From positions 6,882,001 to 6,946,000 of the forward strand of contig NC_043026.1 in NCBI RefSeq assembly GCF_006345805.1: DNA of 64,000 nucleotides, in the 5' to 3' direction. This DNA is from Octopus sinensis (lineage: Eukaryota). A program made the position numbers and the translations under genes. Shown here one piece after another: positions 1-14,033 of the stretch. Position 1 is the first letter of the stretch. The number at the start of each line of letters is the position of its first letter. Under the pieces are notes generated by a model. That model made no database searches and was not told the origin of the DNA. It saw only the letters and a list, made by a program, of their open reading frames with translations.

Positions 1-430
1 GAGTGCTCCTAAATTTTGTGATTTCAAAATTTCGATGATGTGATTGTTAATTTATAGAATGGCATTACAAGGTAGGTGTGAGAGGCTGGATCTGACCAGT
101 GTGACCATAAAACAAGTAGAATATCAGAGCCCGATCTGGCTGGTTAACATGCTAAAGGATTAAAGAGAGTAGGGAGTTTGTTGAGGTGAAATTAGGCTGT
201 GACATGTGTAAGGTCAAGTGACTAAATAGAAACTCCTTCACTGGTTCATCTGGCCCCTATTTTAACCCTTTAGCATTCAGATTACTTTGTCAAATCTAAT
301 CCTTATTTATTCACATTGTTTTGGATTAACCACGGATTATCTCATAGCTTTGAGATTGCAAGGATGGGATTGTTTATTTTAAGATTGACATTGCAGGGCA
401 GGGCAGGTGTAAAAAGGTTGAGGCCTGTAA
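1..430. mobile_element. piggyBac-type MITE remnants (right end 1-163, left end from 263)
   Basis: ATGCTAAAGGATTAA ends near 163 and TTAACCCTTTAGCAT starts near 263 (TTAA plus CCCT TIR). The interiors are mutually similar. Confidence 0.55.
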
Positions 431-971
431 AACAGGTACCAGTGGTATATGGAGGAATGGGGATGAGGGGGGTGGAAATAACTGAGGGATTTAAATGTAT
501 TTGTTATTGGGTAGTTATTATGCATCATGCGCACACACACACACAAACACGAGGCTTCTGTACAGTTTCCATTCACCAATTACATTGACAAGGTATTGGC
601 CACCATGGGGTTGTTGGGAGGTGGGGGTGCAGGGCAGCTAAAATAAAGTTTCTGCAACCTGGGATTGAACCTGGAACAATAGGCTTACATACTGAATGCT
701 GAAACCAGAAGGTGTCCCATTCCTATATATGCATGTGTGTACATATCTTCTCTTTTACATGTTTCAGTCATTGGACTGTGGCCAAGCTGTGGCACTGCCT
801 TGAAGGGTTTAGTAAAATAAAAAAATCACCTCCAGTACTTAAGCAGAAACAACTGTAAGCTACTGAAGTTCAATAGTACACCCGAGCACCATATGCAATA
901 AGTTCATTCCATATATATATATATATATATATTACACACACACATGTATGTATGTATATATATATATATAT

Positions 972-1182
972 AACGGGAAGGTTTACGAAAATAAACAAAA
1001 GACGAAGGCAGGTGGAGTACAAACAAGCAAATGTATTAGTATGGCGCTCAGGAATAGAAATAGAACAAGTCCTTCACATTTTGAGCCTACGCTCTTCGAC
1101 AGAAAGATACACAGAAAAGAAACAAGGAGAGAAAAAAATGCGTGTAGGAGCTAACGGTCTATCATGGCATTCTGACTTCAGG
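972..1182 (-). mobile_element. Penelope-like pLTR-type remnant
   Basis: About 210-nt unit between (TA)n tracts, pyrimidine-rich on the minus strand, carrying a hammerhead motif. Resembles 19495-19706 and 58960-59075. Confidence 0.5.
1071..1106 (-). ncRNA. Decayed hammerhead ribozyme motif
   Basis: Reverse complement is CTTT-CTGTCGA-A-GAGC-gtag-GCTC-AAA-ATGT-G-AAGG. Same GAGC/GCTC stem II type as 19585 and 58986. Confidence 0.55.
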
Positions 1183-1242
1183 TAATATATATGTATATAA
1201 ATTACCTGTTCATTTGTCATTTATTTAATTTCATGCATCTGC

Positions 1243-1275
<33 letters not shown>

Positions 1276-1439
1276 CTTATATATATATACATATATGTAA
1301 TAAATTTTTGTGTCAGTGTTTCTATCTTCAGAAAAGGTGGATGCCCCTTCCTGAAGCCAATCACTTTATAGAGTGCCACGGGGCGCTTTTATGTGACACC
1401 GCACAGGCACTTTCATATGGTACTATTACATGACACTAG

Positions 1440-1670
1440 GGCAGCGAGCTGGCAGAAATGTTAGAACACCAGGCGAAATGCTTAGTGGTATTTCGTCTGC
1501 CGTTATGTTCAGAGTTCAAATTCCACCGAGGTCGACTTTGCCTTTCATCCTTTCAGGGTCGATAAATTAAGCACCAGTTAAGCTCTGGGGTCGATATAAT
1601 CGACTTAATCCCTTTGTCTGTCCTTGTTTGTCCCCTCTGTGTTTAGCCCCTTGTGGGCAATAAAGAAATA
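1440..1670 (+). mobile_element. SINE family B (tRNA-like head, Nin-like core)
   Basis: GGCAGCGAGCTGGCAGAA...GAGTTCAAATTCC...GCCTTTCATCCTTTCAGGGTCGATAAATTAAG. Other copies: 11270-11470(-), 14960-15165(-), 36898-37112(+), 37440-37600(+), 48663-48866(-), 48922-49078(-). Confidence 0.85.
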
Positions 1671-1802
1671 ACTATTACATGACACTGCACAGGTGCTATC
1701 ATGTGGCCCTGCACAGCTGCTTTTACATGGTCACCACCACAAGTGCTTGACACCCCCAGGAGTGCACACTCCAAATCTTGGTACAAATACATGTGTTTAT
1801 AG

Positions 1803-2002
1803 TTATGTTTCCAACCAGGGTTCTGCCAGTACAGTCCAGGGGTTCTGCAAGAAGTTACAAAAATGCTAAAATCGACAGTAATTTTTAATTCTCCTGTGCA
1901 GATATGTGTGCATAAGACAATTAAATTATTGCACAGGGGTTCCTCGAGCCAGTGGAATGTTTCCTTGGGGTTCCGCTTCAGCAAAAAGTTTGAAAAGCAC
2001 TG
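1803..2002. mobile_element. hAT (Charlie-type) MITE
   Basis: Ends ...AAGTTTGAAAAGCACTG (TIR CAGTGCTTTTCAAAC), with internal GGGTTC motifs. Confidence 0.55.
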
Positions 2003-2280
2003 ACTTACACAAACATAAATGGCCACACATACACACACATGTATATGCAATAAAATGACACACAAAATATTTTTGGAATTATGCCTATGAATCTACACGA
2101 TCAAGTGTATGTGTTCAGACGAGTGCAGACGTTACCAAAGCAAACTTGTGGGTGACAGCTGGCTTTTAGCTCTTTTGTTTCCATGATTCTTTGTTTCAGT
2201 CAGTTTTGGAAATAACGAAGAATGCAGAAAAAATAACTCAATTATTCAACTAGTGTTTGGAACATAATTGACATGCTCTC

Positions 2281-2680
2281 ACCATGACCATCCCATCTTT
2301 TATTCAGACATAGTCTATCTGGGGCTACATCATTTAATGTTTCCCTCCTTGTTGTTTAGCCTTAGGTCAGCCCTGATCCAACAGACCTAGGATCAAAGAT
2401 GTTCCAACCATGACCATCCCATCTTTTATTCAGACATAATCTATCTGGGGCTACATCATTTAATGTGTCCCTCCTTGTTGTTAGCCTTAGGTCAACCCTG
2501 ATCCAACAGGTCTAGGATCAAAGATGTTCCAACCATGACCATCCCATCTTTTATTCAGACATAGTTTATCTGGGGCTACATCATTTAATGTGTCCCTCCT
2601 TGTTGTTTAGCCTTAGGTCAGCCCTGATGCAACAGACCTAGGATCAAAGATGTTCCAACCATGACCATCCCATCTTTTAC
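2281..2680. repeat. ~126-bp tandem repeat, ~3.2 copies (dispersed family F)
   Basis: ACCATGACCATCCCATC starts at 2281, 2407, 2532 and 2658. Related monomers lie at ~49960-50620, 51160-51250 and 55020-56150. Confidence 0.9.
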
Positions 2681-3075
2681 CATCTGGTACCTCAATAAAT
2701 AGATTAATTTTCTATAAATGTTTCAATATTGTGCACTTGCTTCACCTCCATGCACACTTACCATTATATCTGTGTGCATCTGTGCGAGATGAAACAAATA
2801 AACGGATTGTATGATACGTCGACAATTGTTTGAGAGACTTTATTGCAATGTAATACACAAGGGGGCGTATATTAACATGCAATATTCATAAGAACGCTAC
2901 ATCGTATTTCTCCAAAGTCATCCAGTTATACTAAAACTACGTGTCAAATATTGATATGTTGCAACAATGGAGATCATAAAATACATCTTCAATGCTGCTA
3001 CATATTAATATTTGAGTCTTGGTTATGGTATAGCCTGATGATCAGAGAGACACATGACGCAACAAATTGAATATT

Positions 3076-3469
3076 CTTACTCTTTTTACTCTTTTACTTG
3101 TTTCAGTCATTTGACTGCGGCCATGCTGGAGCACAACCTTTAATCGAGCAACTCGACCCCGGGACTTATTCTTTGTAAGCCCAGTACTTATTCTATCGGT
3201 TTCTTTTGCTGAACCGCTAAGTTACGGGGACATAAACACACAAGCATCGGTTGTCAAGCAATGATAGGGGGACAAACACAGACACACAAATATACACACA
3301 CATATATATATACATACATATATACGACGGGCTTCTTTCAGTTTTCCTCTAACAAATCCACTCACAAGGCTATAGTAGAAGACACTTGCCCAAGGTGCCA
3401 CGCAGTGGGACTGAACCCGGAACCATGTGGTTGGTAAGCAAGCTACTTACCACACAGCCACTCCTGCGC
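3076..3469 (-). mobile_element. tRNA-derived SINE family A
   Basis: Head GCAGGAGTGGCTGTGTGGTAAG...GGTTCAGTCCCACTG (A/B boxes), (TA)/(TG) linker, tail ...CCAGCATGGCCGCAGTCAAATGACTGAAACAAGTAAAAGAG. Confidence 0.9.
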
Positions 3470-3788
3470 TTATGAATTCTTATGAATTTTCTGCATAAAA
3501 ATACAAGTTGTTGTATACAGTTACATCACAATAAGATTCTTTCAATGAAGCATTCGTAGAAATATCATAAAAGCCATTAGGCTGTTTTATTATTCTATTA
3601 CGCCATGCCTACACTCTCATATAAAATGGGATAATTGTGGATTTGCATCCTGTTGAGCATCAGTGAACTTTCCTGCATCAATACTCTCTTCGCATGCTGC
3701 TCAGACAGACTTTTTTTTTATCTCTTGATTTGTGTCATACTTCATATTGATCTGTCTTCATCTATGCAACAGATAGCCATCAAATCAG

Positions 3789-4077
3789 TATATATATACA
3801 CACACACACACATATATATGTATATATATATATACACACACACACATATATATGTATATATATATATACACACACACACACATATATATGTATATATATA
3901 TATACACACACACACATATATATGTATATATATATATACACACACACACATATATATGTATATATATATACACACACACACATATATGTATATATATACA
4001 CACACACACATATATATGTATATATATATACACACACACACATATATATGTATATATATATATACACACACACACAC

Positions 4078-4110
<33 letters not shown>

Positions 4111-4828
4111 CACACATATATATGTATATATATACACACACACACACATATGGAATATATACACAAACACACACATATATGTATATATATACACACACAC
4201 ACATATATGTATATATATACACACACACACACATATATGTATATATATATACACACACACACATATATGTATATATATATACACACACACACATATATGT
4301 ATATATATATACACACACAAACATATTGTATATATATACCACAACACACATATATGTATATATATACCACACACAACCTATATGTATTATATATACACAC
4401 ACAACATATATGTACTATAATACCACACACACACATATATGTATATATATATACACACACCACATATATATGATATAATATACACACACACACATATATA
4501 TGTATATATATATACACACACACACACATATATATGTAGATATATACACAACAACATATATATGTATATATATATCCACACACAACATATATATGTATAT
4601 AATATACACACACACACATATATATGTATATATATATACACACCACACCATATATATGTATATATATAACACACACAACACATATATTGTATATATATAT
4701 ACACACACACACATATATATGTATATATATATACACACACACACATATATATGTATATATATATACACACACACACATATATATGTATATATATATACAC
4801 ACACACACATATATATGTATATATATAT

Positions 4829-4859
<31 letters not shown>

Positions 4860-4885
4860 ACACACACACACATATATATATTATA

Positions 4886-4920
<35 letters not shown>
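3789..4920. repeat. Compound (TA)/(CA) microsatellite with ~30-bp higher-order unit
   Basis: (TA)n(CA)n(TA)nTG repeats over about 1.1 kb. Confidence 0.95.
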
Positions 4921-4924
<4 letters not shown>

Positions 4925-5302
4925 GTTTACTTGTTTCAGTCATTTGACTCCGGCCATGTGGAGCACCGCCTTTAGTCGAATGAATCAACCCCAGGATTTA
5001 TCTTTTGTAAGCTTAGTACTTATTCTATCAATTTCTTTTGATGAACCGCTAAGTTACGGGGACATAAACACGTCAGCATCGGTTGTCAAGCGATGGTGGG
5101 TAAGGGGGGACAAACACACACACGCACACACATATATATATGATGGCTTCTTTCAGTTTCTGTCTACCAAATCTACTCACAAGACTTTGGTCGGGCTGAG
5201 GCTGTAGTAGAAGACACTTGCCCAAGGTGCCACGTAGTGGGACTGAACCCAGAACCATGTGGTTGAGAAGCAAGCTTCTTACCACACACCCACACCTGTG
5301 CC
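4921..5302 (-). mobile_element. SINE family A
   Basis: Same head, linker and tail. Confidence 0.85.
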
Positions 5303-6639
5303 TATATATATATATTTATCTTTTGCTGGTTTCAGTCATTAGACAGCAGTCATAGTGGGGCACAGTTTTAAAGAACCTTAGTTGAATGAACTGACCCCAG
5401 CAGTACTTATTCTATTAGTCACTTTTGCATACCAGCCTCACCCTCTCCACACCACCAATGTTATCCAGGGGAATGGCAAAGGGGCTGATATGGCTTGGCA
5501 CCTGTGACATTGCAACTCATTTCTACAGCTGAGTGAACTGGAGCAATGTGAAATAAAGTGTCTTGCTCAAGAACACAATACACAGCCCGGTCCGGGAATC
5601 GAGCTCACAACTTCATGATTACAACCTGACGCTCTGGTGACCGAGACAGGCATAAGACCAATTCTCAGACAAAGTCAGAGCAGACCTTGGAGAGAGAAAG
5701 AGAGATGAGAGCAACTAAGCAGCTGAAAAGGTTGCAACAATAGAACTTTGACTGACAACCAATTGATTGTTTAAACCTGAACAAACAACCAATTAAACAA
5801 ACAATGGATTTTTTAATTGGTTAGCCATTTAACCAATTGACTAACAATAAAGAAGTGATATTGAACCAGTGTGTGTGTTTATTACTACTGGCATAATGAC
5901 CCTCCCAACATAAGATATATAATAAATGGGATGCCAACAGAGCTGTTAGTGTCACATTTATTCCATGGATTATAATTGTCTCAACAACATATGAAAGACA
6001 AACCATGTAACATGATGGGAAACATGGAAAAGAGAAATGATTATGTCATAGTAATTACTGAATATTGTGGAGGTGCAATGGCCCAGTGGGATTGTGGTTT
6101 TGATACCCGGGCGTTGTGAGTGTTTATTGAGCGAAAACACCTAAAGCCCCACGAGGCTCTGGCAGGGGGTGGTGGCGACCCCTGCTGTACTCTTTCACCA
6201 CAACTTTCTCTCACTCTTTCTTCCTGTTTCTCTTACACCTGTATTGTGTGACACCTGAGTGTCTTCTTTTCTAGCTTTTGGCCAACCAAAAACCTTGTGA
6301 GTGGATCTGGTAGAGAAACGGAAACTGAAAGAAGCCCGTCGTGTGTGTTTCTTGGTCTTGACCTTATGTCATTGTTGCAAATGTCATTCATTTCCAATAT
6401 TCTGGGAAAAACAAAAAAGGAAATTTGTCTGGCCATGAGGAAATGTCACCCAGCATGGAAATGAGAGAGGGTTGGTGGCAGGAAGAGCATCCAGCTGCCT
6501 CAGCTACACTGTCCGACCTGTGTCAGCATGGAAAAGGGGATGCTAAATTGATGATGCTGACAATTGCATTTGTGCATGTGAGGTAGGCATGTAAATGCTG
6601 GTCAGACATGTTTGTGCCAGTGCCAAGTATAAAGAACCT

Positions 6640-7000
6640 GTGCCAGTGTCACATGTGGAGTATCTATTCCGACGCCACATGCGGGAGCACCTGTCCCGAT
6701 GCCACATGCAGGAGCACCTGTCCTGATGTCACATGCTGGGCACCTGTCCTGATGCTACAGGCAGGGCACCTGTCCCGATGCCACAGGCAGGGCACCTGTC
6801 CCGATGCCACAGGCAGGGCACCTGTCCCGATGTCAACATGCAGGGCACCTGTCCCGATGTCAACATGCAGGGCACCTGTCCCGATGTCAACATGCAGGGC
6901 ACCTGTCCCGATGCCACATGTGAAGCACCTATCTTGATCCCACTTGTGGAGTACTTATCCTGATGCCACATGTAGGCCACCTGTCGCGATGCCACATGTA
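6640..7000. repeat. 26-27-bp GC-rich minisatellite
   Basis: Units CAGGGCACCTGTCCCGATGTCAACATG and CAGGGCACCTGTCCCGATGCCACAGG, about 13 copies, degenerate at the edges. Confidence 0.9.
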
Positions 7001-7439
7001 GAGTCAACCGTAGAAACCACGTCACTATAGACAGTTGTACCCTGGTGTGGCCCATGGCCCTACCAGTTCTTGTCAAACCGTCCAACCCGAGCCTGCATGG
7101 ACAACGGACATTCAATGACGATGAAGGGTAGGAGGAGGAGGAGTAGTGCGAGTGCATACGTGCAGATTATGCCAGACAGTATGTGGTTGTGTGAGATATC
7201 GTGTATACAAGTATCTATGCATGTGTGCATGGATATACGTGTATGTGCGTGGTGTGTCAGTATGTGTCTCCATTTATCAGTGTGTGTGTGTGTGTGTATG
7301 CATGCGTGTGTGTGTGGGTGTTTGCTTCTAAAACAGTGTGTGTGTGTGTGTGTATGCATGTATGTGACACTATGCAAATGTGAGTTGCTATATGTGCGAG
7401 CGTGAGTTGTGTGTGCACACTTGCATGAGTGTGCACGCG

Positions 7440-7473
<34 letters not shown>

Positions 7474-8474
7474 TGATGATATGTCTCCTGTATGCATGTG
7501 TGTGGGTGGGTGGGGTGGGATGAGGGTGTTTCCTGTCCAAAGTGAGGAAACGACACTTGACCAACAAGTGGCCAGTCCACTAAACAAGGCAGGGAGGGGA
7601 TGAGGTGGCTGTGGTGGTGGAGGGGCGGTGTGAGGGGGAGGGGGCAACAGGCAGCAGTGGTGGGATTTTGGGGTGTCAAAGTGGGAACTGTCGTCGATGG
7701 CAACGGCGGCAGCAGCAGCAGCAGCAAAGGGTGCCATTAAAGGGTAACGGTGTTGTTGGTGGTGATGGCAGAGGTGGGGATGGAGGGTGGGGGGGCTGAT
7801 GGAGGGTTGGTGGTGGCGGTGGTGGAGACAGAGGGGGGTGCGGTGGGCGCGGGTGGAGGGGGGGTGGGCAGTGGCGGATTGATGTGGAAGTCATTTGCTA
7901 AATTAGAAAAACATCTTAATTAAAGTCAATATAATTATGTAGAAGTGGTGGTGATGGGGGCGGTGGTGGTGTCGCTGCAATGGTATGTGGTGGTGGTGGT
8001 GGTGGTGGTGGTGGTGGTAGTGGCGGTTGCAGTGCGTGGTAGTCTAAATGCTAATTTCCAGTGTATCAATGTGTGTGTGTATGTGTGTGTGTACGTGTGT
8101 GTTGTGTATGTGTGTGGGCATAAAAACTGCTGTTTTATGTGGGGCTGTGTACTGTTGCAGGAGAGAGATTGTGGGGGAGAAGATGGAGGGAGAGAGGAGA
8201 GAGAGAGAAAGACGAGGAAACAGAGGGAGGGAGAGAGAGAGAGAGGGAGGGAGAGAGGAAAGAGTGAAAGAAATGGAGAGAGGAAAGAGAATGAGAGAAA
8301 GATAGAGAACTAAATAGAGAGAGAGGAGTAAGAATAGAGACATCGGAAGTGCAAGATGAGTGAGAGGAGGCAGAGAGAGAGAGAGAGAGTGGGAGGAGGT
8401 GGGGGTGACAGTAGAGAAGAAGGCGAGGGGAGGGGTGAGAGCATTGGAAGGAAAATGAGAGAGGCAGAAATTAT

Positions 8475-8534
<60 letters not shown>

Positions 8535-8808
8535 TAGATTGCTAAGTACACACACACTAACAACTGTGAGAAGTGGAGTGCGTGTGTGGATTTACACACA
8601 TATATATATAATATATATATAATATATATATATATATGTATATATACATAATTATAGATATATATACACACACACACACAGACCTACACAAGAGTGCCAT
8701 TGTTCTGTTATAAGTGAATAAATATACACACATACTAGTTTGTGCATATGAGTATGTTTGTGTGTGTGAATATATATATATATGCATAGGACATAAATGT
8801 ATGTGCAC

Positions 8809-8852
<44 letters not shown>

Positions 8853-9024
8853 AAGAATATAAAAAGTAAAAGTATAATATATACACACACATACACATAA
8901 GAGCAATTATGTATATACATACACACACACGTATTTCCATGTATGTATATATGAATATGTACATGCATGTATGTGTACATATATATATACATATATATGC
9001 AAACACACACTACACACAAGAGAG

Positions 9025-9078
<54 letters not shown>

Positions 9079-9367
9079 GAGAGAGAGAGAGTCTCACGAG
9101 CTGTCCACAAGGCTTTGGCTTTGTGGGTGCAAAACTTTAGGTAACTCTATTTTGGGGGCTTGAAATTTGGGAAAAAGGTTTTGTAAGGGTTTACAATACT
9201 ATCTGCATATAAGAAATTCCCATATTTTTTAAAGCTAATGTTTGACAAAAAAGGGTTAAAATATGGTATATATGTAATTATGAACCCATATATGAACATA
9301 GGCAATTACATTTATACACACTTTCAGACATATACACACAAGAGAGAGAGGGAATGGGAGAAAGAGC

Positions 9368-9660
9368 CTATGGTCAAGTGGTTTGTGCATTGGCCTCATA
9401 GCTGCAACATCGCAGGTTCAATCTCTGGTTGAGGCAGCACAACATTTCCTTGAGCAGGACACTCCACTCTTGTGTGTTACTTCGCTCTGCTGAAAACGAG
9501 TACCAGGGTCGGTTTGGGGTCAAACTCTACAAGGGGGTCGGTATCCAGATCAGAATGGGGATATTGTACCTTCCTGCCCCCAGGGACTTACACACCAGGG
9601 AAAACTGGGATAAGCTAAACCTGGGTCTCATGGGCCGACAGCTTGAAAAGAGACTTTATA
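9368..9660 (+). mobile_element. Older tRNA-derived SINE
   Basis: TGGTCAAGTGG A box and GGTTCAATC B box, followed by a CCTTGAGCAGGACAC...GAGTACC core. Confidence 0.55.
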
Positions 9661-9705
9661 CATAGGTATATCTTTGTGTGTGTGTGTGTGTGTGTTGTAT
9701 TTAAA

Positions 9706-11078
<1,373 letters not shown>

Positions 11079-11196
11079 ACACAGACAGATATATGTGCAT
11101 ACTCACATATATGCATATATATGCACATAGAATTAGGCATATAAATACAGAGAGACAGTTGTATAAAGAAATAAGTGGATTGTATATGTATATATA

Positions 11197-11248
<52 letters not shown>

Positions 11249-11780
11249 TGAGTGATCAATATATATGTAGGAACAAGGCCTGAAATTTTGAAGGAAGGGG
11301 CCAGTCGATTAGATTGACCCCAGTAGGAAACTGGTACTTAATTTATCGACCCCTGAAAGAATGAAAGGCAAAGTCAACCTCGGCGGAATTTGAACTCAGA
11401 ACGTAAAGACAGACGAAATACCACTTAGCATTTCGCCCAGAATGCTAACGATTCTGCCAGTTCGCCACCTTAGAATATGTATATATTAAACATACATGTA
11501 TATATGTATGTATGTGTGTATGTATACACAAAAGTTGATGTATGAGTATGTGTGTGTGTATGTGTGTGTGTGGATAGGGCAATAGATTTATAGATAGGCA
11601 GATAGATTGATAGACCAAGAGGTAGACAGATAGATATATTGATGGATTGCTAATTGGTGGACTAACAGAAAGAGAGGAAGAGAGATGAAATGGATAACAA
11701 CAGCTTAATAGGATCATTAAAAAGAAAAAAATAAACAAAAAGAAAACTAAACAAGGGAAACTAATAAAAAAAAAACTTAC

Positions 11781-12137
11781 CAGGAATACTGGATATCCAC
11801 AAAGATCTATTTGGAAATGATGATGATGATGATGGTGGTGGTGACCATCACAATCATCACGATTCTCATCAATGGTAGACATAGTTGTGTAATATGTGGT
11901 GGTGGTCATGGGACACAGTGAGAGAGAAAGTGAGAGAGAAAGAGACAAGTTATGTGTTCCGAGTGGAGCGACGCAGTGGCGCGACCGATTCTGTTGTATT
12001 TTCGCAAGGAATTGGCCCCAGTTGAGCCAATCTATGGCCGCAGATGTTCCAACGGTGACCATCCTGCCTTTATCCGTTTCTTTTTGCATCTCCATTTTCT
12101 TCTCCGGCGCATGCTCGCAGCATGTGGATGCATACAT
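11781..12137 (-). CDS. Candidate first coding exon of an unidentified transcript (119 codons)
   Basis: ACC-ATG at 12137 opens a frame running to a consensus donor CTG|GTAAGT (11781|11780-11775). It lies in a locally CpG-rich non-repeat island. No protein family recognised, and the frame contains (CT)n and (CAT)n tracts. Confidence 0.3.
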
Positions 12138-12810
12138 GGTTATCTAGGAGTACACTCTCCAATGTGCATCCCTCCCATTCCTGTCTTTCCGAAAGACAAC
12201 GGCGCCTGGTTTGCAGGAGATCTGGCTGGTATTTCTAGTAAGTCGCACAACCACGCAGAGACCATCCCGATGATGATGATGATGATATCAACCGTCATCA
12301 CCATCGCTACCACTGACAGCATCCAGAGAGTAACACGATTACCAGGACATGGCAATTCCAAGAGTTGTATGGCACTGAGGCGGTCGATCGCCCGACAATC
12401 CTATCAGCGTCTTTAGCCATCTTTACAATCATCATCATCATCATCAGCATAGTTATTCAGTGTAATAATAGTAGTAGTAGTAGGAATAGTAGCAATAATA
12501 CTACTGTTACCACTACAGCTACTATAGGAGTCCGGCATACATTCACAGAACAAGCAGGACATGATGTCAGTGGTGGTGGTCATGGCGGTGGTGGTGGTGA
12601 GATTGATGGGCTTCTTCGCAGAATTACATCGATGTCCAGAGATGCTGCTGCTGCTGCTTCTGCTGCTGTTGACCATCATCATCATCATCGACAATATATT
12701 CATTATCTGCATCCAGAGAGTGGTATGGATGGTAGAGGTGGAGAGAGAGAGAGAGAGTGTGTGTGTGAGTAAGAGGGGGATGGATGGATGGGATAGTCTT
12801 GTGTGTGCGT

Positions 12811-12841
<31 letters not shown>

Positions 12842-13151
12842 GAGAGATGATTGAGCTTTGCAGAGAGCCTGCAGACACCCCTGGTGTTGCCACTGGTACT
12901 GTGGGGGTACCCGACAGTTGGCCTGTACCTCGAGCCATCTACCGCTGTAAGAGGCTGGTCTGTTGATGAAAGAAAAACCAGCAGCGTTGGAATCCAGCAA
13001 CCAATGAGAGAGAGAAAGAGAGAGAGAGAGAGAGGGAGGGAGGGAGGGGGAGAGATAGAAAGAGAAAGAAGAGAAAGGAGGAGGAGGAGGAGGTGCGAGG
13101 GAGAGAGAGAGAGAGAGGGGAGAGGAGGTCTAGCCTGGATCTCAAACAGAC

Positions 13152-13194
<43 letters not shown>

Positions 13195-13572
13195 AAACAC
13201 GAGTCTTAGCTACTGGCAGAGCCAGAAGAAACAACAGCAGGAGCAGCTGTAATGAGGGGGGGGGGAGGGCGACGGTGGGGGAGGTCAAGGAATGGATTGC
13301 TTCTTTGTGTGTGTGTGTGTGTGTGTGAGAATGTTACAAAAGAGTAAATGATTGTGTGTGTGTGTGTGTGTGTGTGAGCATCTAGCAAATTACTGGTGTG
13401 TGTGTGGTTAGTGAGTTTTATGTATGAATGTGAATAAATGTATGTAGGAGTGTGTAGCAAACGATTGTGTGTGTGTGTTAATGAGAGTGTGTATACAGCG
13501 ACTGACTTATTACCCTACTTCATACAGTGTATACATAAAAAAATAGCAATCTTATGCTGAATATATTTATGT

Positions 13573-13700
13573 GGAGGCGCAATGGCCCAGTGGTTAGGGC
13601 AGCGGACTCGCGGTCGTGGGATCGCGATTTCGATTCCCAGACCGGGCCTTTTGAGTGTTTATTGAGCTAAAATACCTAAAAGCTCCCCAAGTCTCCAGCA
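13573..13700 (+). mobile_element. tRNA(Arg)-like SINE family C
   Basis: GGAGGCGCAATGGCCCAGTGGTTAGGGCAGCGGACTCGCGG...TTCGATTCCC. An internally deleted copy lies at 6069-6240. Confidence 0.75.
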
Positions 13701-13961
13701 GCATGCAAAGAGGACATCAAACAATGATGACGATGATGATGATGACAAACATGTCTACATATGTTACGGGCTTCCTTCAGTTTCTGACTAATATACCTGC
13801 TTAGACTGGGGCTGAAGTAGAAGAGACTTGTCCAAGGGGTCACACAGTGGGACTGAACCCAGAACCATGTGGTCCGGAAGCAAACTTCTTAACCACATAG
13901 CCATTACTGTGCCAATATACACACATGCACACACACACATATATATATGTATGTGTGTGTG

Positions 13962-14033
<72 letters not shown>

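Noticed and set aside
3033-3065. CTGATGA followed by a small hairpin (also CTGATGA at ~48743 and CTGAAGA at ~51829)
   Set aside because: No correctly placed GAAA, stem III or stem I.
3635-4975. Long Y/I/H/T/C/V-rich ORFs (also 14180-14973, 22210-23440, 46937-47738, 52172-54023, 59553-60165)
   Set aside because: These are translations of (TA)/(CA) microsatellites that happen to lack stops; no coding signal.
6640-7000. Regularly spaced repeats suggestive of a CRISPR array (also 40975-41520)
   Set aside because: Head-to-tail units without unique spacers, eukaryotic context, no cas genes.
11990-12110. EKKME...IDWLNWGQFL resembling talin EKKMEK...LNWLDHGRTL
   Set aside because: Spacing differs, the intervening and flanking residues do not match, and there is no suitable acceptor or phase. 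Treated as coincidence.
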